Assembly (NCBI GenBank): GCA_951406725.2
Contig: OX597814.1
Coordinates: forward strand, 139,810,001-139,874,000
From: Octopus vulgaris
Lineage: Eukaryota
DNA: 64,000 nucleotides
Direction of reading: 5' to 3'
Both the position numbers and the translations under genes were made by a program. The notes beneath the pieces were generated by a model that saw only the letters and a program-made list of their open reading frames with translations, did no database searches and had not been told where the DNA came from. This document shows positions 56,262-64,000 of the stretch, piece by piece. Each line of letters starts with the position of its first letter. Within the stretch, counting starts at the first letter, position 1.

Positions 56262-56469
56262 GTGATGAGCTGGCAAAATTGTTAGTGCAGCAAACAAAAT
56301 ACTTAGCAGCATTTGTTCTAGCTCTTTACTTTCTGAGTTCAAATGCCACAAAGATCAACTATGCCTTTCATCACTGAAAGGAGGAAAGACATAGTCAAGT
56401 ATTGTTATCAATGCAATAGGCTTAAACTGTCACTTCAAAATTGCAAGCTTTGTGCCTATAGTAAAAAGA

Positions 56470-56470
<1 letters not shown>
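56262..56470 (+). mobile_element. SINE family M, degenerate
   Basis: gatgagctggcaaaattgttag..ttctgagttcaaatgcc..tttgtgcctatagtaaaaag. Confidence 0.65.
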
Positions 56471-56523
<53 letters not shown>

Positions 56524-56961
56524 GTAACACAGTGAAGGTGAAAATGCACCAGAGTCTTTAGTCATCAGTCAAGTCACAAGGACCTCAGACATATAATACT
56601 TTCCTTAAGATGTGTGCTGTGTCCAATTAGGCTGTTATTTGCAAGACATCAATCTTGCATGGAATTTCCAGTTGCCTTAAGAAGTCTTGAAGTTTCAATG
56701 GGATTGAGCCCAATGCTCCAATCACCACTGGTATCACTTTTACATTACCATCTCACATTCCATACAGTCCACTTTCAATTCAGAGTACTTGGTGATTTTT
56801 TTTCAACCTCTTAAATCACAACATTCATGTCGTTTCGTATGGCTACATCAATAATCTGACCGTATTTGTCTCTCTTATTCAATATGATAATATCCAGCTG
56901 ACAGTGTTCAATTACATGATCCATCTGAAAATCCTAGTTTCAGAGTATCATTACTTTTCCA
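56471..56961 (-). mobile_element. Dong/R4-type non-LTR element 3' end (RLE domain, degenerate) with (TAA)n tail
   Basis: rc translation DFQMDHVIEH..DII..IIDVA..EK.TKY..VKVIPVVIGALG..TAHILRKVL*. Confidence 0.8.
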
Positions 56962-56964
56962 TAT

Positions 56965-57088
56965 CACCAAAGTCGACTTTGCTTTCATTCTTTCAGGGTC
57001 AATGAAATAAGTGCCAGTTGAGTACTGGTGTCAAGATAATCAACTAACCCCCAAACTTACTGGCATCGTGCCAAAAATTTGAAAATAT
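56965..57088 (+). mobile_element. SINE family M 3' half
   Basis: gtcgactttgctttcattctttcagggtcaatgaaataagtgccag. Confidence 0.7.
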
Positions 57089-57090
57089 AA

Positions 57091-57504
57091 CAGCTAACCT
57101 GTCATATCTCTCAACTTTTCTTTCTTCCTTATTGCATACCTTGTTGTCCGTTGGGCATGCTATATCTGTGATCCAGCTTAGTTTGTTTTCTTTCTCAGTT
57201 AAGACTATGTCTGGCTTCCTATTCTCTATCTCATGGTTGCACTGAATCATAAAATCCCATAGGATCTTTGCATTTTTATTTTTGACTATGCCTTCGGGTT
57301 TGTGGTCGTACCAATTTTTTCTCTGTCAAGTCCATACTTGTTGAAAAGTGTCCAATGGACAAGCCTGCCTATATTGTTGTGGCGTCTCTTATATTCTTTG
57401 TAGGCTAGTGGCGTACATTGGCTAGTCATATGCCTTACAGTTTCACCGTTTTGTCCACAGATTCTGCACTTATCACTTTCTGATGTGTTATCTATTCTGT
57501 ATTT
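57091..57504 (-). pseudogene. Dong/R4-type non-LTR fragment: CCHC Zn knuckle + RLE
   Basis: KCRICGQNGETVRHMTSQC..KRRHN..WYDHKPE..ILWDF..RKPDIV..DIACP..EERKVERY (one frameshift). Confidence 0.88.
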
Positions 57505-57882
57505 GATTCGATTTTGATTTCACTTGACTCAACAGGTCTTTGCAAGCAGAAGTTAGTGTCCAATGAAGGAAAGATATGCATAAGTGGGCTGGTGACACTC
57601 CTGGCATAGGCCACGGGTTATGGTATCACTTGGCTTCCTGGGTTTTCTCACGTACTACATATTTCCAAAGGTCTTGGTTACTAGACATTGCTTCAGTGGG
57701 GCCTAATGTTCAAAGGTCATGCTTCACCACCTCATCCCAGGTTTTCCTGGGGCTAGCTCTTCCACAGGTTCCCTCAACCGCTAGGATGGTGCACTTTTTC
57801 ACACAACTATCCTCATCCATTCTTGCCACATAACCATACCAGTGCAGTCATCTCTCTTGCACACCACATCTGATGCTTCTGC
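57505..57882 (-). mobile_element. RTE ORF-end/3' UTR fragment (older subfamily)
   Basis: Matches 50070-50425 (cttcaccacctc.tcccaggttttcctggg..cacaggttccctcaac). Confidence 0.85.
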
Positions 57883-59118
57883 TTTTTGTTTGTATATGTT
57901 TTATTTGATTGAACTGGTCAGATTGCTCCTAACAAGCATTTAGCAATTTATGCAATAGGTTCAATAATTATAGTAGTAAATTAAACTGCTGCATAGTACC
58001 TATTTTCAAAACTATAACATAGTTGAGATACAAATTTTGGATCATACTGTGAGTGCCAATGTTGTCTTTGGGGTTGGTGGTGATAATTCTACCTTGCATT
58101 TCTGGAAAAAAAATTCAGAAAGTTCAATGTTTGAATAATGTTCTTATAATATAAACATATAAAACCACTGATATTGAGTACCATTGCTATTATTCTGTCT
58201 ATCCAAATTTTTGCTTGGTTGATTGTAAGAGAGTTTGTTCTGGTATTTCAGAAACTACTGAAGCTAAAATAAATTATTGTTTCGCTTTTTGTTTTACAAA
58301 ATCTTATTTCTTTTTTTAGTAAGTTATTTAGATATTAAGTAAGCAAGCCAGCTGTAGTCAACATGCTGTCCTATGCAGTCTGTAGATTACATGTAAAGTA
58401 TAATCAGCTGCACAAAAGATGTGCAGCAGAAATACACTCATAATTACATGGCAACACAATTTCTTTTTGATATTGGTGGCTCCAGTAGTTAGAATTACAA
58501 AGTGTGAGCGTACATACAAATATTGACCACATATGCAGAAAAGAATTTTCTTTTGTTTATATTTGTGAACTTTGAGTAAAATATTTCTCCTGGTTATGTA
58601 ACAAAATCAACAGGAGGCACTCGTTGAACATAATACTTGTAGTTTGACAATATTTTCTTAAAATAAGATTAAAATAATTTTAATATAAGACATACATAAA
58701 AATTATATATTAGGGAAAAGAAGAAAATGTAAAAAATAAACTTAACCATTTTCATTAGCTTTTTAAATTTCATTTTGATTACGTTTTACATTGGTAATGT
58801 AAAAATACGAAGAAACATAGCTTCAAATATCATTCCTTATTTAAGAATTACTAAATTGTTCAATTTTTTTTATTATCAGCTAATCTGAGAAATAGGAGCA
58901 AGAAAATATTTGATAATTGAACTTCAAACACTATTAACTTTATTTCTTTTCTTTTTCTTCTTTCATATATAATGAAACTATTGAATTTTTATGTTAACGG
59001 AATTTTAGGTATTGTAACTTATTTCTTTAGAATTATACAAAACAAATCCCATTAACTGTTTTGTAATATTCACGTCAACATATATAATGATTACATATAA
59101 ATTTAAAGCTTTTGAAAA

Positions 59119-59515
59119 TCATCATCGTCATTGCTTACCATTCACTTTTCCATGTTTGCAAGGATCAATCAGGATTCATTGAGACTGGTTTTTCTATGCC
59201 CAAATGCCTTTCCTGTCATCAACCCTTACCTACTAAGTAATCAAAGTAATATTTCTCCATAGCCAAATATGTTCTCAGAAAATGAACAACACCATTTGTA
59301 TGACAGTGAGGCACATTTACAAGTGTTGTATGATGTCAAGACAAGAAAAAGCACCTATTACACTCTTGGAGTGATTGGTATTAGGAAGGGCATCCAGCTG
59401 TTGAAACCATGCCAAATCAGACTAGAATCTGGTACAGCCTTCCAACTTGCCAGTCCTGGTCAAACCATCCAACCCATGGACAACGCATGTTAAATGATGA
59501 TGATGATGATGATGA
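59119..59515. mobile_element. Degenerate SINE tail (minus, 59119-59345) next to an RTE 3' fragment (plus, 59355-59515)
   Basis: cttttccatgtttgc..ctttcctgtcatcaaccc; ggtattaggaagggcatccagctg..(GAT)n. Confidence 0.65.
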
Positions 59516-59818
59516 GATGTGTATGTATGGTTGGCGTTTGTGAGAGATGCAGCATTGAGGATGAATGAAACCAGCTCAACCTACCCCGGGTGAATGCTGT
59601 AAGAAAAAGAAAAAGAAGTATAAGAAAATGAGATGACATATGAATAAATGATTATCATATGAACTTCATATGGTAATCCTTTGTCATTTCATTTTCTTAT
59701 CTTTCTGTATTTGACTAACGCTTCTTTCTGCACCATACATATGTAGAGTTCTACACTCGGTTGTTAGTCATGCAATGCCTAAACTATATATATATAGTTA
59801 ATCCAAACATAAAACACA

Positions 59819-59883
<65 letters not shown>

Positions 59884-59885
<2 letters not shown>

Positions 59886-59990
59886 TTTAGCAGAAGTACG
59901 AGAGTGACTCAAGGTCCAAGAGTTTTGTGTGTTGACCAACATGCAAAACACATGGAAGTTACTCTGTTACTTCTGCTAAACATTAATAAA
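59884..59990. repeat. Fold-back element family H1, second copy
   Basis: tttagcagaagtacgagagtgac...actctgttacttctgctaaa; same downstream flank as 13310-13360. Confidence 0.75.
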
Positions 59991-60059
59991 AATATACATA
60001 TACTCACATTCTGACTTCTATTTTCCTTGTTTGCATCAACATACCTATACATATATATT

Positions 60060-60655
60060 CCATCATCATCATCATCATCATGATTTAACGTCCATTATCC
60101 ATGCTGGCATGGGTTAGACAGTTTAACTGGGCTGGCATGCTCGAAGGCTGCAGCAGACTCCTGTGTGATTTGGCATGGTTTTCTATGGCTGGATGCCCTT
60201 CCTAATACCAACCACTCTGGGAGTATAATCAGTGCTATATAATCAGAGTATAATAATCTATGCCACCTGCACAGGTGCCATTTGCATGACACCAGGATGC
60301 TTTTACGTGCCTCCGGCACAGGTGCGAATTTGCGGGCCACCGGTCTCTACAATGACTGTGATTTTGCTCAGCTTGATGGGTCTTCTTTTCAAGCATGACA
60401 TAATGCCAAAAGTCTCAGTCATTGCCTTTTGCCTCTGTGATGCCCAGCACTCAAAAGCAACTCAGCCACTTTGCCTCTATGAGGCCCAACACTCAAAAGG
60501 AACTCAGCCACTTTGCCTCTGTGAGGCCCAGTGCTTGAAAGGTATTCTTTATGTGCCACCAGCATGGGTGTACTTGGCTTAACAGGTCCTCTCAAGTACA
60601 GCACATCACCAAATGTCTCGGTACTAATTATTGCCTCTGTGAGACTCAAAGTTCA
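60060..60655 (-). mobile_element. RTE 3' UTR fragment with 44-bp tandem sub-repeat
   Basis: (CAT)n tail; tttgcctct..cactcaaaag.aactcagccac repeated at 60428-60535. Confidence 0.75.
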
Positions 60656-60715
60656 AAACACACACACAGCAATGGTGCATGCATGTGTGTAAATGTAAGC
60701 ATATGTATGTATAAA

Positions 60716-60965
60716 CATCATCATCACCGTTTAACGTCCGCTTTCCATGCTAGCATGGGTTGGATGGTTCAACTGGGGTCTGGGAAGCCAGAAGGCTGCA
60801 CCAGGCCCAGTCTGATCTGGCAGTGTTTCTACAGCTGGATGCCCTTCCTAACGCCAACCACTCCGTGAGTGTAGTGGGAGCTTTTTACGTATCACCGGCA
60901 CAGGTGCCAGACGAGGCTGGCAAACGGCCACGATCGGATGGTGCTTTTTACGTGCCACCGGCACA
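60716..60965 (-). mobile_element. Young RTE 3' UTR fragment
   Basis: Highly similar to 47717-47965. Confidence 0.9.
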
Positions 60966-61712
60966 CGTATCTGAATATTTATAAGAGGTTAATGTGTATG
61001 TTTGTATCATCACCGATGGTCTTGGAAGGACATATTTGTCCTAAATCCACTCTGAGCAATATTCCAACCAAAATTTAGGCTATTTTGGCATTGTACCTAA
61101 TTACCGTTACTAAACCATATGCCATCTCCTTTACAAACTACTTTAACCTATCTTCCACACCTTTATTCTTTATCTTTTTTTCAGTTTCTCCATATTTGGT
61201 GTCCTTGTTATTCTACATTTGTTTTTTTTTAACCATTTGCTTTTATTTATATGCCTATACTTGTACTTGGCTAAATTTTCATGATTAATTTGCTTTTATT
61301 GTTCAATTTTACAGTATTTTGCTTGAAAACTTTTTTGAATATATTTATCTACTTATCTTTGCTTTTTTTGGTGCATTCCAAATATGGTCATTCTAACATC
61401 TATAATGGGGTGGAAGTCTGCCAAATACATCTACTGATTGCTACTATATAATAAGAAAACTTGCTAATTCTAGCAGAGTCTGATGTTTGACTTATAATTC
61501 ATTCTAATGTGCAGTTACAGCACAATTTTATCTATATGTATTTATATGTATGTTTATATATGTGTACCAGACAATGTAGTATCACTGATGTAACCAGACA
61601 CAGATTATGAAACAGCTGTTAAGAAATGGAATAAACATCTATTCTTGCGCTTCTCTTATCTGGCCTATACACACACACACATGTATGCACTAATTTATAT
61701 ACATAACCAAAT

Positions 61713-62691
61713 GAGCTACTACCAAATGAGTTTCATGCCTTAATGACACTTGAACAGGTATATTTATAAAATGCACTATGTATCTTAAAGCGATCATTCA
61801 GGCTCTGTTTATGTGTTATATATATTTTAAAAAACAAGGTTGCTGGATAGTAAGAAAAATAAGAAAAAATCATGAAAAAAATGTGAAGAAGGTTGGTGCA
61901 AAAAATGGAATGAGCTGAAATTGCTGGATCTAAGAAAAATATGAAACTTGCCCACTTTAACAGACATGTATGATAAAATCTGTCATATACAAGGCTGAAG
62001 TTACAGCTATGTTCCAAGTCAAATCAATTGAAAAGAAGAATTACATTGGTTTATGTGAGAGTGAAGTCAAGAGATGTTACGCAAACCACCTATTTTCTTT
62101 CCGGCATATTGATAAAAATAATGGAACTATGTTGGCTAGTTGCATATTAAATCTAAAGCGCTGCTCCACACCACATACAATTAAGTGGAGAATGGCAGAG
62201 AAATCCAAGCCATATGTTAATGGATCTAAAAAATGCAACTTATGCATTATTAAAAAGGATTTAATATTCTTCTTAGATCCATCAATTCCAACACACTGCT
62301 TAATTCAAGATCTGAAATTTTTAGCAGGTGTAGATACATGGACAGGTTCCTTTTATTAAATTGGAGGGTACCACCTGCTCTGGATTGAGTTATTGTCTCA
62401 CAGACATTGACATATTTTCTGTTATTTTGTTCTATACCAGTTATATTAATGAGTTTTCTGCAATCAGGGAGGAAGAGGATCCTAGTTTTCTTGATTTCCT
62501 TTTTGTTTTCTTGTTCTATTTTTTGCATCAGTCTTCTTCACATTTTTTCCATGCTTTTTCTTATTTTCTTACTACCCATTGACCTTGTTTTTAAAATATA
62601 TATAATGCATAAACAGAGCCTGAAAGATTGCTTTAAGATACATGCATATTTTATAAATATGCCTGTTCAAGTATCATAAAGGCATGAAGCT
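61713..62691 (+). mobile_element. Penelope-like element fragment with inverted pseudo-LTR
   Basis: 61729-61913 is the rc of 62510-62691; 61920-61945 is the rc of the ORF end at 62263-62290; GIY-YIG ORF lies between. Confidence 0.85.
61970..62359 (+). pseudogene. Penelope-type GIY-YIG endonuclease fragment
   Basis: VIYKAEV..NYIGLCE..KR.YANHLFSF.H...N.T.LA..I..LK..IKW..PY..KCNLC motif series. Confidence 0.85.
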
Positions 62692-62868
62692 CTTTCAGTT
62701 GTGTATTTAGATTGATATTTATCTCTCACTGGATAGAGTACTTTCTCTTTGTTGATTCTACCTCTGTTGGATCTGTAAAGTATACTCACACACACACAGA
62801 AATAAGCACATAAAATGCAAAACAAGTTGGAAAAAATGGTACTTGAATACCAAAGGTAGAGTAATATT

Positions 62869-62996
62869 CTTTTTTATTAAAGCTGCAAAAAATCACAAAA
62901 CTGTTACTCAGAGTTTCCTGTTTCCATTCATCAATGAACAGAAATGTGAAACTCTGAGTAACAGTTTTGTGATGTTTTTGCAGCTTTAATAAAAAG
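62869..62996. repeat. Fold-back palindrome with partial hammerhead core (family H3)
   Basis: tttattaaagctgcaaaaa.atcacaaaactgttactcagagtttc / gaaactctgagtaacagttttgtgat.tttttgcagctttaataaa. Confidence 0.85.
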
Positions 62997-63174
62997 GTGT
63001 CTATATATATATATATATTACACTTGTAAATTATAAAACATAACTGTCATCGCTACTACATGAACCTGAAGATTACATAGTTTAATGCATGAAAGTACTA
63101 GTTCAGTCAGAATGGACATTTAATATTCTATCATTTCATTATATTATATTATTATAGGATTATAAATAAAATGT

Positions 63175-63605
63175 GAAGATCAAACCAAGTTGGAATTTCT
63201 TTGCATACTGCAGTGCTTGAAGAGACCTATTGAGTCAAGTACATCAACATCAAAATAAAACTCAAATGGAAATTGTAGTTGTGATACCCGTGCCGGTGGC
63301 AAGTAAAAAGCACCATCCGAACGTGGCCGATGCCAGCACCGCCTTGACTGGCTTCCATGCCGGTGGCATGTAAAAAAGCACCAGCCGATTGTGGCCATTG
63401 CCAGCCTCCCCTGGCCCCTGTGCCGGTGGCACGTAAAAAGAACCCACTACACTCACGGAGTGGTTGGCGTTAGGAAGGGCATCCAGCTGTAGAAAACACT
63501 GCCAGATCAGGCTGGAGCCTGGTGCAGCCTCCTGGTTTCTCAGACCTCAGTCAAACCATCCAAACTATGCTAGTATGGACAACAGACGTTAAATGATGAT
63601 GATGA
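63175..63605 (+). mobile_element. RTE 3' UTR fragment
   Basis: gaagagacctattgagtcaagt...gtggttggcgttaggaagggcatccagctgtagaa...(GAT)n. Confidence 0.88.
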
Positions 63606-63664
63606 TATATATATACACATGCATGCATGCATGTATCCATCTATCTGTCGATCTATCATTAACA

Positions 63665-64000
63665 TATTTCATTCATTAGACTGCAGCCTTGGAGAATCTT
63701 ACTAAAATGAATCAACCCCATCACTTATTTTCTTTGTGAAGCTAGTGGTGTTCAACTGGTCTCTTTTACTGAACTGCTAAGTTATGGGAATGTAAACATA
63801 CCAACACTGGTTGACAAAGTCATGCACACACACACACACATATATATGTATGTATGTGTATGTGTATATATATACATACATACACACAGTGGACTTCTTT
63901 CAGTTTCCATTTATCAAATCCTCTCACAAGGCTTTGGTCTGCCTGAGGTGCCATGCAGTGGGACTGAACTCAGAACCATGTAGTTAGGAGGTAAACTTTT
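63665..64000 (-). mobile_element. SINE family O, degenerate, runs off the window
   Basis: gaactgctaagttatggg..gacttctttcagtttcc..ggtgccatgcagtgggactgaac. Confidence 0.7.

Overview
AT-rich animal genomic DNA with no recognisable host protein-coding exon. It is most likely a long intron or intergenic stretch of an Octopus-type cephalopod genome; this is inferred from the SINE families, RTE LINEs and microsatellite load, not from a database search. Most ORFs in the track are microsatellite or SINE artefacts. Protein-coding remnants are all transposon-derived: a full-length but frameshifted DD34D mariner (34000-35284); a young RTE LINE (47717-52040, minus) with a PHD-type Zn finger inside the RT ORF and a tandemly amplified 3' UTR; two CR1 3' ends embedded in (TA)n; two Dong/R4-type RLE fragments; an old RTE relic; and a Penelope-like GIY-YIG fragment with an inverted pseudo-LTR. 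Also present are many modular tRNA-SINEs and piggyBac, mariner and hAT MITEs. Best candidates for follow-up: (i) several fold-back elements of different sequence that each carry a minimal hammerhead-ribozyme-like core, (ii) a 5S-rRNA-headed SINE-like element, (iii) a strong AG|GTGAGT recursive-splice-site-like motif at 42517/42518, (iv) SINE tails shared with CR1 and RTE LINEs in the same window, and (v) a LINE 3' UTR turning into a higher-order tandem array. Boundaries of degenerate repeats are approximate (read by eye).
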